Of a stretch of DNA of 64,000 nt, positions 20,249-30,528 are shown piece after piece. Made by a program: the position numbers and the translations under genes. The stretch is from a virus. A model generated the notes under the pieces. That model saw only the letters and a program-made list of their open reading frames with translations. It did not search any database and was not told where the DNA came from. The first letter of the stretch is position 1. Each line of letters opens with the position of its first letter. The stretch covers positions 1 to 64,000 of the IMG/VR virus record IMGVR_UViG_3300045941_000233. One strand, given 5' to 3'.

Positions 20249-20530
20249 ATGCCAGCAACGCAAGCAAAACGGTTCCGGATGCTCGACCCGGTTTACGACC
20301 GCCGGCGTCCGGAACGTATCGGCCGATTCAACGGCTGGCAGATAATCCGCGGGGCGCCGGTCCCGATAGTCAAATTCCCTGGCATGACGCCGCGTCTTGT
20401 GGCTTTGCGCTTCCTCGAAAGGATCCGCGAGCCGCGCATAACTCGAATCTGCCGCGAGAATATCCACTTGCAATCGGTCGCAAAAAAGTTTGGACTTAGT
20501 ATTGAAGAATACTTGGACGCGATTAGCTGA
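20249..20530 (+). CDS. small basic hypothetical protein
   Basis: 93-aa ORF in the operon. Confidence 0.55.
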   Translation: MPATQAKRFRMLDPVYDRRRPERIGRFNGWQIIRGAPVPIVKFPGMTPRLVALRFLERIREPRITRICRENIHLQSVAKKFGLSIEEYLDAIS

Positions 20531-20668
20531 AGGAGGAAACTAAAAAACACGCCTTGATTTAACCGCAGGGCCAAGAGCGGGCCGTGCCACCAATAGCCGC
20601 ATTTCGGCAGGATAGCCGGGGGCGATGCGGCGCCAAATCAACTTGGTAAACACGGACGGGCTGCTGCT

Positions 20669-21760
20669 ATGGCCAAGCGGGTAGATTTTGCGCTCGCAAA
20701 TGAAGAGATAATTTCGCGCCTCGATATTCTGGCGGAGTATCGGGCTCTTGGCGTTGAGTTTGTTTCTGTTGCGCCACGATCTAGCGGCATGATCGAATGC
20801 TATGCCCGCGGGCGACAGGAAAACAAACCCTCTGCGGCCGTCAACGTCACCACTGGCCGATATATAGACTCCGGCAGCGGCGAATCGCTTTCGCTGTTCG
20901 ACTTCGCGGCCAAGTACGGCGGCCAATTCACTGATTGGAAAGAGGCGCGCAAACACTATGCCGACAAGGCCGGCGTAAAGCTGACCGGCGGCAATGCTCC
21001 GGAAGATCCGGCCGAGTCGATCGAATTCCTGCCGTGGGACGTCGGGAACGAGCGACTGGCGAATACTTGGTGCTGTTGCCACAAAAAAGGAATCACGCTC
21101 GAAGCTTTGAAGCTGTGCGGCGCGAAAGTCGGCCGATACCCGCGGTACAAAAACAAAACGACCGGAGAATGGGAGACGGGCAAATTCAAAGTGATTGCCC
21201 TGCCGTGCTACGGCGAGCAGCTACTGGAAGCCGACCCGGTCGCGTGGGTGCTGTGGAACATCAGCGGCGGCATGCTGGAAGTCTTTCGCGGAAAAGGCAA
21301 TCCGCCGGATTTGGTGAAAATGAAATCCGTCGGACCCACCCGCGGGACCATGATGGGATTCTCCGCGTTGGCCAGGTTGTCGAACCCGTGCGACGTGCCG
21401 ATCGAGTGGATTATCAAAACTGGCGGGCCGTCTGACATGCTGGCCGTGCTGTCGGTCCAGCGTCCGGAGCTGCGCGACACCCATCTAGTTCTGACGAACG
21501 CCAGCAGTGAAACGGGCGACGTCCTGCCGCATCAAGCAGCGATTTTCGCTGGCCACCGTGCGATTGTGATTCACGACTGCGACGAAGCGGGCGAGATGGG
21601 CGGCCGAAAGTGGGTCCAGGCCCTGACCGGTGTCGCCGCGGAAGTGCGCCATTCCCGATTGCCCTGGCCGGTGGGCCCAAAAGGCGGGGCCGATATGAGG
21701 GACTACTTTCGCGGCCGCCCTGTCGATCAACAGGCAGCAGAAAGTGAGGCAGCGGCATGA
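20669..21760 (+). CDS. primase-like TOPRIM protein
   Basis: N-terminal PSA.VN..TG.Y.D...G..LFDF; TOPRIM-like KTGGPSD and HDCDEAG; G.DMRDYF. Confidence 0.75.
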   Translation: MAKRVDFALANEEIISRLDILAEYRALGVEFVSVAPRSSGMIECYARGRQENKPSAAVNVTTGRYIDSGSGESLSLFDFAAKYGGQFTDWKEARKHYADKAGVKLTGGNAPEDPAESIEFLPWDVGNERLANTWCCCHKKGITLEALKLCGAKVGRYPRYKNKTTGEWETGKFKVIALPCYGEQLLEADPVAWVLWNISGGMLEVFRGKGNPPDLVKMKSVGPTRGTMMGFSALARLSNPCDVPIEWIIKTGGPSDMLAVLSVQRPELRDTHLVLTNASSETGDVLPHQAAIFAGHRAIVIHDCDEAGEMGGRKWVQALTGVAAEVRHSRLPWPVGPKGGADMRDYFRGRPVDQQAAESEAAA

Positions 21761-22038
21761 AAATTCATGGTTTGGAATGGGAAGACACGACCAACTACAG
21801 ACGCGGCGATAAAGACCGCAAGCCGTCGTGCTGGACTGCAAAATTTGGAATTTTTCGTCTGACTGTGTTGTCTGGCCACATTCACTATCCCGGCGTTTGG
21901 GTCGCTCGATCCGATCCGTTTTTCAGTACGCGGGAGCTGAATGCCAAAACCCGCGACGAAGCGATGCTTGAGGCAATGAAGCTCATTTGGGCCGATTTGT
22001 CTCAGGCGATAGGTGCGATTTGTGAGGCTGGAATATGA
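21757..22038 (+). CDS. hypothetical protein
   Basis: ATGA overlap with the primase stop. Confidence 0.65.
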   Translation: MKIHGLEWEDTTNYRRGDKDRKPSCWTAKFGIFRLTVLSGHIHYPGVWVARSDPFFSTRELNAKTRDEAMLEAMKLIWADLSQAIGAICEAGI

Positions 22039-22292
22039 GCGGTGTTATGTCGATCAGTGCGCGAGACGCCGCGATCCGGTCTCTCAGATACCGCGCCAAT
22101 CTCTGCATTAAGCATCCGCGTTCCAGCTACTACCTGATCCAACTGGACAGGGCCTGGCGTGAATTCCCTGAATGCGAACGTGACGCTGTAACTCCACCCC
22201 CGTATGAAATTTTGAAGTTGTGCAATTCCTACGACCGCCAAAAGGAAGAGGCCGAGGCAATCGCCAAGCGTCTTTCCGAGTCCAAAAAATGA
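22035..22292 (+). CDS. hypothetical protein
   Basis: ATGA overlap with the upstream gene. Confidence 0.55.
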   Translation: MSGVMSISARDAAIRSLRYRANLCIKHPRSSYYLIQLDRAWREFPECERDAVTPPPYEILKLCNSYDRQKEEAEAIAKRLSESKK

Positions 22293-23026
22293 CCATCTTC
22301 ACTGCAGCCACCAATATGTTCCGCCGCATCCAGAATTTCCTATTCGATCCGGAAGACAATCCGGCGTGCCGGCCGCGGCGGACGTGTATCGCGCTCACGC
22401 CCGAACAGCGAGCCCGCCGGAAAAAACTGCGCGAGCGGCTACTGCGGCGCCAGCTTTGGATTATCCCCGACGCCAAGCCGCTGAAGAAACGCAAAAAAAT
22501 TCGCCGGCGCCGGCGGCGTGCCGATTGCCGGCTGCCGCGCCAGCCGCAAGCTCCGCGGCTGAAGCCTGACCGTGTTCTGAAACGCCAGTACAAGCCGCTG
22601 GCGTCGCCGATTTTCAATCTGCCGGCGGGGCTGATCGATTGCATGGAGAAAAATAAGCTCAATCTGAAAATGCGGAAGCATCGCCAGGCAGCGCATAAAA
22701 TCGCCGATATGGTGGCGGCCGTCGAAATCAAGCACGGCAACATGGACGCCGACGAAGTTGAGGCGATGCACGCGGCTATCGAGCAACTAGCGAAAAATCC
22801 TAAGCCGATTCCAGAGCAACTAGCCGAGATTCGCGACGAATTCGAGCGGCTATCGGCTGAGGTCCGCGACGGGATCATCGATCCGGAGACTGGCGAGAAA
22901 ACCGAAGACGGCTGGTCGCAGCATCACCGCGACAAAGTGAACAACTACTATCGGCCGCCGATGGAGGTTGCGCGAGTCTGCGACCGCGAAGACGGTACGG
23001 TGCGAACGAAGGAAACTTCCGAGTGA
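22289..23026 (+). CDS. basic hypothetical protein
   Basis: ATGA overlap; Arg/Lys-rich N-terminal half. Confidence 0.6.
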   Translation: MTIFTAATNMFRRIQNFLFDPEDNPACRPRRTCIALTPEQRARRKKLRERLLRRQLWIIPDAKPLKKRKKIRRRRRRADCRLPRQPQAPRLKPDRVLKRQYKPLASPIFNLPAGLIDCMEKNKLNLKMRKHRQAAHKIADMVAAVEIKHGNMDADEVEAMHAAIEQLAKNPKPIPEQLAEIRDEFERLSAEVRDGIIDPETGEKTEDGWSQHHRDKVNNYYRPPMEVARVCDREDGTVRTKETSE

Positions 23027-23075
23027 CGGCTATTGTCTGATTTGTCGGTGCCAAATTCTCCTATCTGCTGCTGCA

Positions 23076-24932
23076 ATGGACTACGACTGGGAAAAAGACC
23101 CGAATCTGACCCCGCGTACATGGGATGATTTCTGGGCGATCGTCGAAGCGACGCCACCGGTCAGCCAGCAACCGGCGCTAACTCCGGTCGATCAATCGAA
23201 GCTCGACACGTTCAACGAGCAGAAAACGGTCGAAGCCATCCAGCTCGACGTGCTCGGGAAAGTCGGCTACGGCAAGGTAAAAATCTTCTCCCGCTATCAC
23301 CGCCAGGTCGAAGTCATCGGCGGCGTTAGCAAGATGAAGCTGGAAGAGCTGTTGGAAATCGCCGGGCCGCCGGCAAGGTCCGTTTTGGAGTCGGCTGGCG
23401 GGGAAGCGCTGCCGCCCGGTGTTTACAGCCTGAAAGACATTCGCCGGGCCATTTCGACGCTGGCCGGCTATCACAAGATCACCGACGAAACAGAGCTGGG
23501 GCCGGGAGTCTGGGCCGGCAAAAGCGAATCGGGCGACGATCACCCGTCGGTTTTGCTGGTGGGCAACCGCGAGGCGGCCGACTGGAACGGCGAAAAGATC
23601 CTCAAAAGGATCGATCACCCGCGCTGCCGCGGTCATCTTCTGGACTTCGAGTCGCCTTGCAAACAGTGGTACGACTTCGGCCAGCTCGGGAAATACATGC
23701 AAGCGGCCAAGGATCAATCATTTCGCGAAATCGCGATGAATGACTGCATCAACCTGTTCAAAATGTGGCGGTGGCATAGCGAATCGACTTCCCATATCGT
23801 CCTGACCGGCCTGGTTTTTTCGACCTGGGTGCAAACGCTCTGGGAATGGCGGCCGCAAGTTTCCGTCATCGGCCGAACATCAAGCGGAAAATCGATGTTT
23901 ATCAAGGCCCTGTCCGGCCTATTCGGAAATTTATGCGAGACGTGCAGCGACGCGACGGAAGCCGGCATCCGCCAGGTTATTGAAAATTCAGCGCGAATTA
24001 TTTTATTTGATGAATTCGACGTCGAAGACAAAAGGCAGGCGGAAGAGCAACAGAAAATTTTGAAGATGCTCCGCGCCAGCGGCCGCGGCGATTCGATCAT
24101 TCGCGGCACGCCAAGCCAAAAGGCGAAAAAATCGAATCTGCGGCATATCGTGTGGCTGGCTGGAATCCAGATTTCTAGCTCCCGCGAGGCGAATCGGAAC
24201 CGGTACATCAATGTCGAGCTCCTACCGCCCACGGTCGAAAAGAAAGGGAAGCTGGTCCTGCCGCCGACGGCCGACTTGAACGACCTTGGCCAGCGGATGC
24301 TGGCAACTGCCATTTTTTGCATCAATGCCGCCAAGCCGGTCGCGGTGAAGCTGAAGGATACCCGCATCCCGGGCGTTGACGATCGCGTAATCGAGTCCTA
24401 TTCGGTCCCGGCGGCAATCTTGGCAGCCATCCAGAACGACACGGAAGACGGCGCCAGGGAGCTGTTGCGCGAAATGCTGGCGGATATCGCCGAAGAGGAT
24501 CACGGGGGCCAGAGCGACGAACATACGCTGATGGTCGATATCCTCGGAGCCCAGATCCAAATCGGTCCCAACCGCTACAGCGTCGCCCAGTTGCTTGAAA
24601 TCGTCATCAAACAGTCCCCAAACTGGTCCGACGCCGAAACGGCCCTCGAAAGCCGCGGCTTGCGGCTGGACCGGTACACGATCCCCGGCACGAAAACATA
24701 CGGCGGCGAGCCCTGCCTGCTTATCGCTTACCAGCTTGTGACGGAGTATCTGATTAAAAATACGAAATGGGGCAGCCAGGCTATCGATCAAATTTTGAAG
24801 CGGCTACCTGGTTCCGTCCAAAGTCGCCGGCGGGTTGGCGGTCAGCGCGTTCAGACGGTGGCGATATCTCTCGAATTTCTCAAGTCGGAATTCCTCGGCC
24901 TTGCTGATATTCCGTTAGATCGCAGTTTCTGA
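23076..24932 (+). CDS. P-loop NTPase, probable replicative helicase
   Basis: GRTSSGKS Walker A; ILFDEFD Walker B; lies between the primase and the origin-like region. Confidence 0.8.
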   Translation: MDYDWEKDPNLTPRTWDDFWAIVEATPPVSQQPALTPVDQSKLDTFNEQKTVEAIQLDVLGKVGYGKVKIFSRYHRQVEVIGGVSKMKLEELLEIAGPPARSVLESAGGEALPPGVYSLKDIRRAISTLAGYHKITDETELGPGVWAGKSESGDDHPSVLLVGNREAADWNGEKILKRIDHPRCRGHLLDFESPCKQWYDFGQLGKYMQAAKDQSFREIAMNDCINLFKMWRWHSESTSHIVLTGLVFSTWVQTLWEWRPQVSVIGRTSSGKSMFIKALSGLFGNLCETCSDATEAGIRQVIENSARIILFDEFDVEDKRQAEEQQKILKMLRASGRGDSIIRGTPSQKAKKSNLRHIVWLAGIQISSSREANRNRYINVELLPPTVEKKGKLVLPPTADLNDLGQRMLATAIFCINAAKPVAVKLKDTRIPGVDDRVIESYSVPAAILAAIQNDTEDGARELLREMLADIAEEDHGGQSDEHTLMVDILGAQIQIGPNRYSVAQLLEIVIKQSPNWSDAETALESRGLRLDRYTIPGTKTYGGEPCLLIAYQLVTEYLIKNTKWGSQAIDQILKRLPGSVQSRRRVGGQRVQTVAISLEFLKSEFLGLADIPLDRSF

Positions 24933-25335
24933 CGGGACAGCACTGGACAGGTAACGGGACAACGTAAGTCCATGAAGAGAAGAGAGAGAATAATAGATAT
25001 AAGTGTAAGTAAGTAAGTAAGTTAAGTAAGTTGTTGTTGTTGTTGTTGTTGTATAGTTAGGTTTGGTCTGTCCCTGTTGTCCCGGGTGTCCCGATGTTTT
25101 TAATAATCCCACGGATGGTTGCTATGGGTCTCTCTCCTAAAAAATTTCTTTATAGCTCTATAAAAATTTTTGTGGTCGGGCTTGGACCCGGTAGGAGGTC
25201 TCCGCCAATGCGCCTCTCTATAGCTTTCTTTCCCGGCCGATTTCGCTGGCCAGCGGGACAGACAGCACTTAAAGCCTGTCCCTGAAACAAGTTAAACCCG
25301 TCCCGAACCTGTCCATTTTGCTGTCCTGTCCCGCT
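24933..25335. repeat. putative replication origin: inverted GGGACA/TGTCCC iterons around an AT-rich core with (AAGT)n and (GTT)7
   Basis: GG(G)ACA x3 at 24934-24962; TGTCCC x3 at 25069-25092; further copies at 25255-25332; directly downstream of the helicase. Confidence 0.65.
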
Positions 25336-25336
25336 A

Positions 25337-26014
25337 ATGTCATCTCTCATCAACCAAATCCGCGACAGTCGGGCGTCATCCGCCGCCCAAGATGCCACTT
25401 TGCCGCAAGCCAGGGCCGCGGCCGCTCCGCTGCCGCCGAACCTTCCGCCACCTGTCGCCTGCCAGTCGCACGGCGCAGCCGGCCTATTCTGGCTGAATGC
25501 CTATGGCGCAGTGATTTGCCAGGCTTGCAGCCCGCCGCCGAGCCCGGCAATGGTCCGCCGCCTGCTATCGATCGACCCTGCCGCCGGCTGCTGGCGCGAC
25601 GCCGCCGAGCTGGCCGAAGAGCTGGCCGAGAAAAATTTCGGCGAAAAATTTCCTGAACCAAAATTATGCGAACAGTGCTCAGGAAATATTTTTTGGCTGG
25701 ACTACGACGGAAAAATTTTCTGCAACCACTGTTTTCAGCCGGCCGGCCCGCCGGCAAAATTTTTGGCGGTCTGCAGTTCGCCGGCCAGGTGGGAAGATGC
25801 CAGGCGTCCTAAATTAAAAACAGTCGCCGAAGTCTGCCAGGAATGGGAAGAAAAATATTTCGCTGAAGCAAAAAAATTCTGGCCGGAGTTTCGAGAACAC
25901 TTCCGTAAAAATTTTACATACAGTTCCAGCGAAGCACTGGAAAGCTGGAAAGGCGACACTTCCAGGGCGTCGAAGTCGAGTAAGTCCGCGGCATCCCGCG
26001 GGGCCAGGCGATAG
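25337..26014 (+). CDS. protein with two Cys-based zinc-ribbon-like repeats
   Basis: CQSH...FW...ICQAC and CEQC...FW...FCNHC. Confidence 0.6.
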   Translation: MSSLINQIRDSRASSAAQDATLPQARAAAAPLPPNLPPPVACQSHGAAGLFWLNAYGAVICQACSPPPSPAMVRRLLSIDPAAGCWRDAAELAEELAEKNFGEKFPEPKLCEQCSGNIFWLDYDGKIFCNHCFQPAGPPAKFLAVCSSPARWEDARRPKLKTVAEVCQEWEEKYFAEAKKFWPEFREHFRKNFTYSSSEALESWKGDTSRASKSSKSAASRGARR

Positions 26015-26084
26015 CCAGCGCAAAAGAATGGGCCGGCCAAGCTGCTGCACTTGGCCGGCCCGGGCGGTGGTGTTGCTTCGACGT

Positions 26085-26636
26085 CTATTTTTTGTGGGAC
26101 TTCCGATATTCGTCAATGGCTCTGGCTTTCGCCCGTTCGATCGCCAGCAATAGGCCCTCCTTGCTGGCCTTTGTTCGGACGATGTTGACGTACTGACGGC
26201 TGACGTCAAACATCTCCGCCACTTGGTCTTCGCCCATCGATGGGTGCTCGACAAACGCCGCTATGATCCTGAACCCGGTAACTTTTTTGGCCTGACGACC
26301 GACCCTGCCGCCGGACGGGAAGCTGACCCCCTCGTCTTTGCAGCACCGCTTCACGTATGCCAGCGTGACGTTGAAGTTTTTGGCGGCCTGTTCCGGCTGT
26401 CCGCCGTCTTTGATGAACCGGGCTATCTGCTTTCGAGTCTTGGCCCGCTCTTCGTGGCTGATTTTGATCTTGCCGCCGGCCCTCTCGACAATCTCGCGGA
26501 CCTGCCGCTCCGTTATGTCGTAAAGCTTCGACAACTGGGCGACGGTCAAGAGACCGGACTTGGCGACGATTTCTGCACGATCAACCTTCATACGCTGAAC
26601 TTCCTTGAAATTTGGCAAATCAAATGTTGCGGGCAT
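26085..26636 (-). CDS. multi-HTH DNA-binding protein
   Basis: Three HTH-like segments (TVAQLSKLYDITERQV; PEQAAKNFNVTLAYV; QVAEMFDVSRQYV). Confidence 0.7.
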   Translation of the reverse strand: MPATFDLPNFKEVQRMKVDRAEIVAKSGLLTVAQLSKLYDITERQVREIVERAGGKIKISHEERAKTRKQIARFIKDGGQPEQAAKNFNVTLAYVKRCCKDEGVSFPSGGRVGRQAKKVTGFRIIAAFVEHPSMGEDQVAEMFDVSRQYVNIVRTKASKEGLLLAIERAKARAIDEYRKSHKK

Positions 26637-26674
26637 TGTGGTCCTGCTAACTGGATTAAGCAAGTGCCGTGTAT

Positions 26675-26905
26675 TTAACGATCCTTTAATGGAGTGACCC
26701 GGCCGTCCTGTAATTGAGAGACGTACTTAGCCTTGGTTCGCCCCATCGCCCGGCATCTTGGGCAGAAAATTTCGCTGTATTCCGACGGAGTGAAGTGGTA
26801 GCCGTTGAAAGCCGAGTGATTACATCTTCTCGCGATTACGACCCAGGCCCGCTCGCGGACCGGCTTTTTCCTCTCGGAGCAGTGACACGAAAACGAAACG
26901 CTCAT
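26675..26905 (-). CDS. small Cys/His zinc-ribbon protein
   Basis: CHC...CNHSAFNG...CPRC...RTKAKYV. Confidence 0.65.
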   Translation of the reverse strand: MSVSFSCHCSERKKPVRERAWVVIARRCNHSAFNGYHFTPSEYSEIFCPRCRAMGRTKAKYVSQLQDGRVTPLKDR

Positions 26906-27786
26906 CCGGCCCTCTTTTCCCGGCCAAGCCTGTCCCCCTTGGCCGCAATTTGGTTGAACAGATCCAGTAAATCCTTCCGCTTGAATTCCAAGTGTAGATT
27001 GTGGTTCCCGTAACACTTGAATTTGAAATATTCCGTCTCTCCACGGCCGTCGGGACTGGTCTCGATCGCCGTCGCCAGAGCCCCTTTGTACTCTTGAACC
27101 GGCCCCTTCCCGTCGAGCATATGGAAAATGTTATCCAGAGCCGTGATGTGCGCTTGATGGGAGTAGCCGCACCGGAATTTTCCGTTTTGGCTGTAGCCCG
27201 GTTCGACCATCCAGCCCTTGATTAGCTTTCGGTCAAGCTTCCAAAAATTGCGGTTGGTCTTGTATTGGGAGCGTTCGCACGGCCGCCAAAAATCGTATTC
27301 CTCGCGCACCGCCTCTTCCAAAAATTCAGTCGCCGACATGACGAACCCGTTCGCGACCGACACGATATTTTCGGGAGTGATTTCGGGGAATTCTGGCGAC
27401 TTCTCGCCGCTGCCGTAGTATCGGCCAGTACAGCTTCGCCCGAGCGCTTCGTCGAGATCGCGGATCCGCTGGGACGACATCAGCCGCCGGATATTCAGTT
27501 TTTCGATAATGCACCCCCAAGCCGCCAATTTCATTTGCTCGATTATCTTGTCGATCGCCTGCGCGTGGTGCGCGCTCGCCCCATGGCCGTACTGCAGCCC
27601 AATGCAAAAGTGAAAACGGTCGTACTTGTCGGCGCTGTGGAAAGCCGCTTGGAGCCGATCGCAAGCGTCGTGCAGCCCGGCCGCGTGGGCGCGGATAGCC
27701 GCCACCGCTTCGCGATATTCGGCCGCCATTTGTTCGGCCGTGTTGTACGGGACGAGCTCGCCGGCCCCTGGCATTGATACGCTCAT
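26902..27786 (-). CDS. DUF4942-like protein
   Basis: ALDNIFHMLDGK...ETEYFKFKCYGN.NLHLEFKR.DL...N.I. Confidence 0.75.
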   Translation of the reverse strand: MSVSMPGAGELVPYNTAEQMAAEYREAVAAIRAHAAGLHDACDRLQAAFHSADKYDRFHFCIGLQYGHGASAHHAQAIDKIIEQMKLAAWGCIIEKLNIRRLMSSQRIRDLDEALGRSCTGRYYGSGEKSPEFPEITPENIVSVANGFVMSATEFLEEAVREEYDFWRPCERSQYKTNRNFWKLDRKLIKGWMVEPGYSQNGKFRCGYSHQAHITALDNIFHMLDGKGPVQEYKGALATAIETSPDGRGETEYFKFKCYGNHNLHLEFKRKDLLDLFNQIAAKGDRLGREKRAG

Positions 27787-28053
27787 TGTGCGCCGCCTTT
27801 CCCGCCGGCCGCGGCCGCTTTCACGGCCGCAATGGCCGCCTCTAGTTGTTCGATGTAGCAACCCATCCAGCGCGACCCTGAATCCGGCGCGCCGTCGTAT
27901 CGGTCGATCAATTCGGCCGCGATATCTTCGCAAGCCGCCAGCAATTTTTCGTAAGCCGTCATAACATCACCGCCGCGGCCCTGGCGGCCGCGATAAGAGC
28001 CGCCGCCAGCGCGGCGCCGACGGCAATGGTAAAAATCAAGTCACGTAAATAGG

Positions 28054-28257
28054 TCATCGCGCGGCGCCCCTCGCTGGCTTGCTGTCGCGCCGCTTTGCGA
28101 TTTTCTCTTCGGCCGCCAGCAAATAGCTGAGAGCCGGCCCGATATAGTGGATGAGCTCGCCGGATGTATCCTGGTAAGTGTTTCCCGGCCGCTGGTTGTC
28201 GGCCTGCATAAGCGCGGCCGCCAGCATGCAAACTTTGTATGCATCGTCAGAAAACAT
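28054..28257 (-). CDS. small hypothetical protein (early cluster 2)
   Basis: CGAAAGGGG RBS before MFSDDAY. Confidence 0.6.
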   Translation of the reverse strand: MFSDDAYKVCMLAAALMQADNQRPGNTYQDTSGELIHYIGPALSYLLAAEEKIAKRRDSKPARGAAR

Positions 28258-28259
28258 AA

Positions 28260-28472
28260 TCAGCCCCTTTCGCTTTCGAATGTTTTGATTTCGCCCCATT
28301 GAATTTTTAGTGCGTGCTCGAAAGGCGCTTCTAACGGTTCGCAAAAGACCCCCGGCAGCCTGTCGAGCTCGCCGGCCGCCTTGCTCTTGATTTCGCTTTC
28401 GGTGGCGCCGGCCGGCAGCCTAACGGCATGCACCGGCCGGCCGCTGTGGTAGATCCAAAATGTGCGCATCAT
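28260..28472 (-). CDS. small hypothetical protein
   Basis: Tightly coupled to neighbours; CGAAAGG RBS. Confidence 0.6.
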   Translation of the reverse strand: MMRTFWIYHSGRPVHAVRLPAGATESEIKSKAAGELDRLPGVFCEPLEAPFEHALKIQWGEIKTFESERG

Positions 28473-28852
28473 GCGGCGCCGCCTTTCGGTATGTATTCGC
28501 GGATTTTCTCGCCGCTGGCCTTATCGACTAGCCACCACTTGCCGCCGTCGCGAACTACTTGCACCGGCGGAAAGTTTGGAAGCTTATCGGCGAATACTTC
28601 ACGGCCCGGGTTGAAAGCGTAGCGCATCAATCCCCAGCCGTCGCACTTCCACCGGCGGCCGCTGCGCGTGAATCGAAATAAGACGCCGCCGTCGCCGTTG
28701 TCGCTGTCGATATGAACGAACAACTGCCAGCGCGCCGGCAGAAATTTGCCAGTGTCGAAATATTTACAAGCCGGTTCGCGATAGTAGATCAACCGCGCAC
28801 CGGCCCGCATCAATCGCCTATGCGGATATTTTTTGTCGATAACGTAGCTCAT
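28469..28852 (-). CDS. hypothetical protein
   Basis: ATGA overlaps with neighbours. Confidence 0.65.
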   Translation of the reverse strand: MSYVIDKKYPHRRLMRAGARLIYYREPACKYFDTGKFLPARWQLFVHIDSDNGDGGVLFRFTRSGRRWKCDGWGLMRYAFNPGREVFADKLPNFPPVQVVRDGGKWWLVDKASGEKIREYIPKGGAA

Positions 28853-29166
28853 TGCCCGCCGCCTTTCGCCGCCTTAATTGCGGCCGCCAGCTTGCCTTGC
28901 AATGGCTTGCTGTAACCGTTCCCGCGGCAAAGCGCTAAAGCCGCTTCGCAAGCCGCCAGCAAGTCGCCGTGGCTGTTAAGCATCGCGCAGATTTTCGCCG
29001 CGTCGGCCCGTTCCTCTTCCGTTTCCTGGCGGCCCGGTTCGATTTTTGTCGAGCACAGCCAGCGCGTTTGCACTTCGAAACCCGGCGGCACCGGCCGCCC
29101 TATAGTCTCTTCATAAATGCACGACCGCGAGCCGCCGCCGACTCTGTATTGCTTTCGCGTTTCCAT
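28849..29166 (-). CDS. phage hypothetical protein
   Basis: DLLAACEAAL...AAIKAAKG pattern; CGAAAGGG RBS. Confidence 0.7.
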   Translation of the reverse strand: METRKQYRVGGGSRSCIYEETIGRPVPPGFEVQTRWLCSTKIEPGRQETEEERADAAKICAMLNSHGDLLAACEAALALCRGNGYSKPLQGKLAAAIKAAKGGGQ

Positions 29167-29322
29167 TGCATTGCCCTTTCGCTTTCGACCTATCCGCCCG
29201 CCGGCAAATTGCCAAGCGGCGCGGGCGCGGCCCGCCGCGTCAGATCCGTCGGCCCTGCCCCTTGTCGCTTTCGACTGGCAGAGCCGGCCGCAACCCGCCG
29301 CGGCAGATTTCGCCCGAGCCGA

Positions 29323-29859
29323 TTAACCTACTAGGCTTAATGGCAAGGCGCCCGCCGTGCACTTGGCAGATACACTGCCGCGCACTTTTTGCGGTATGCT
29401 CGCCCGCAACTTTGCCAGCAAGCTTTCGGCCGCTTCCGCAACCGTCGCCGGAACGTCTGGCAAGTCGCCGTCATTGGCCGCGTAAATCGCCGGCAAGTCG
29501 CGAAGCACCGCTTCCCGGGTGGCTGCATTCAGAAGCCCGAGGATATGGCCGACAATCAAGCCGACTTTCGGCAATGTCGAGCTCGCCCGCTGGCTGGCAT
29601 AGCCGGCCGTCAGATCGACCGTAAAGCCCTGGCGGAATGGCTGCGCGACCCCTTCGACTTTGGCCGCTATGCTCAATTCAATCCGGCCGGCAAAGCCGTC
29701 TGGCAGATCGTCGCGCCGGCCCTCTTGGCCGTAAAGCTTTCCTATCGATTCCCAGATGGCCGCATGCGCGGCAACTAGGTTAGGCTGGCCGGCCGGCGCG
29801 GCCGGCGCCGCTGGCTGATTGACGACGGCCGCCGCTTGCTTTAGTTTCCTGGCTGGCAT
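29323..29859 (-). CDS. hypothetical protein
   Basis: TCGAAAGGGG RBS; 178 aa. Confidence 0.7.
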   Translation of the reverse strand: MPARKLKQAAAVVNQPAAPAAPAGQPNLVAAHAAIWESIGKLYGQEGRRDDLPDGFAGRIELSIAAKVEGVAQPFRQGFTVDLTAGYASQRASSTLPKVGLIVGHILGLLNAATREAVLRDLPAIYAANDGDLPDVPATVAEAAESLLAKLRASIPQKVRGSVSAKCTAGALPLSLVG

Positions 29860-29957
29860 TTGAAAGTTTCCCCTTTCGATGCTGCCGCCGGCGGTTATCT
29901 TTGCCGAAACCCGCCGGCGGTTTATTTTTGCCCGAGCCGCAAAGCGCGGCCCGCGGC

Positions 29958-30443
29958 CTAAATGTCGATCACAAGCCGGCCGATATCGCCGGCGCCTTTG
30001 AACACTTGCACGCGATAGCCGGCCCTGGCTTTAACCTGCGCGGCAATCTCGCGAGCCGCACCGATACCGGCCAACCACTTGCCGCCGGCCGCTATCCAAA
30101 CATCAGCAGCCCCGGCCATTTGACCCGGCGCCGCCGCGTTATCACTGACGAAAAATTCAAACCATGCACAGCCCCGCGGCCGCCGGCCGCATGGAATTAC
30201 CGGCGCCGCGGCCGCTTCGCGTTGCTTGTGTTTCGCTAACGCTTTGTCACGATTCAGAACCGCTAGCGATACGTGAAACGCTCGCCGCGGGTGGCCCTCG
30301 CCGAATTGGTTCGCAATGCGGGTATGTATTAGGCTGGCTTGGAAGTACTCGCCGCTGTCGGCCGCCTGCTGCGCGGCGCCGGCAAGTAGGTTGTAGCCCT
30401 CAAATGTAATGTCGCCGTCGGTTGTCGCTGTCGTGGTCGTCAT
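29958..30443 (-). CDS. hypothetical protein
   Basis: Leader identical over 26 bp to that of the adjacent gene. Confidence 0.7.
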   Translation of the reverse strand: MTTTTATTDGDITFEGYNLLAGAAQQAADSGEYFQASLIHTRIANQFGEGHPRRAFHVSLAVLNRDKALAKHKQREAAAAPVIPCGRRPRGCAWFEFFVSDNAAAPGQMAGAADVWIAAGGKWLAGIGAAREIAAQVKARAGYRVQVFKGAGDIGRLVIDI

Positions 30444-30528
30444 TGTGTTGCCCTTTCGGTTTGCGTGGCTGTGTTGCCCGAGCTCGCCCGAGCCGCGGCA
30501 CCCCGCGGCCCGAGCTCGCCGGCCGCGG

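Noticed and set aside
24915-25112. ORF encoding poly-Thr
   Set aside because: It is only the translation of the (GTT)7/(AAGT)n repeats in the origin-like region.
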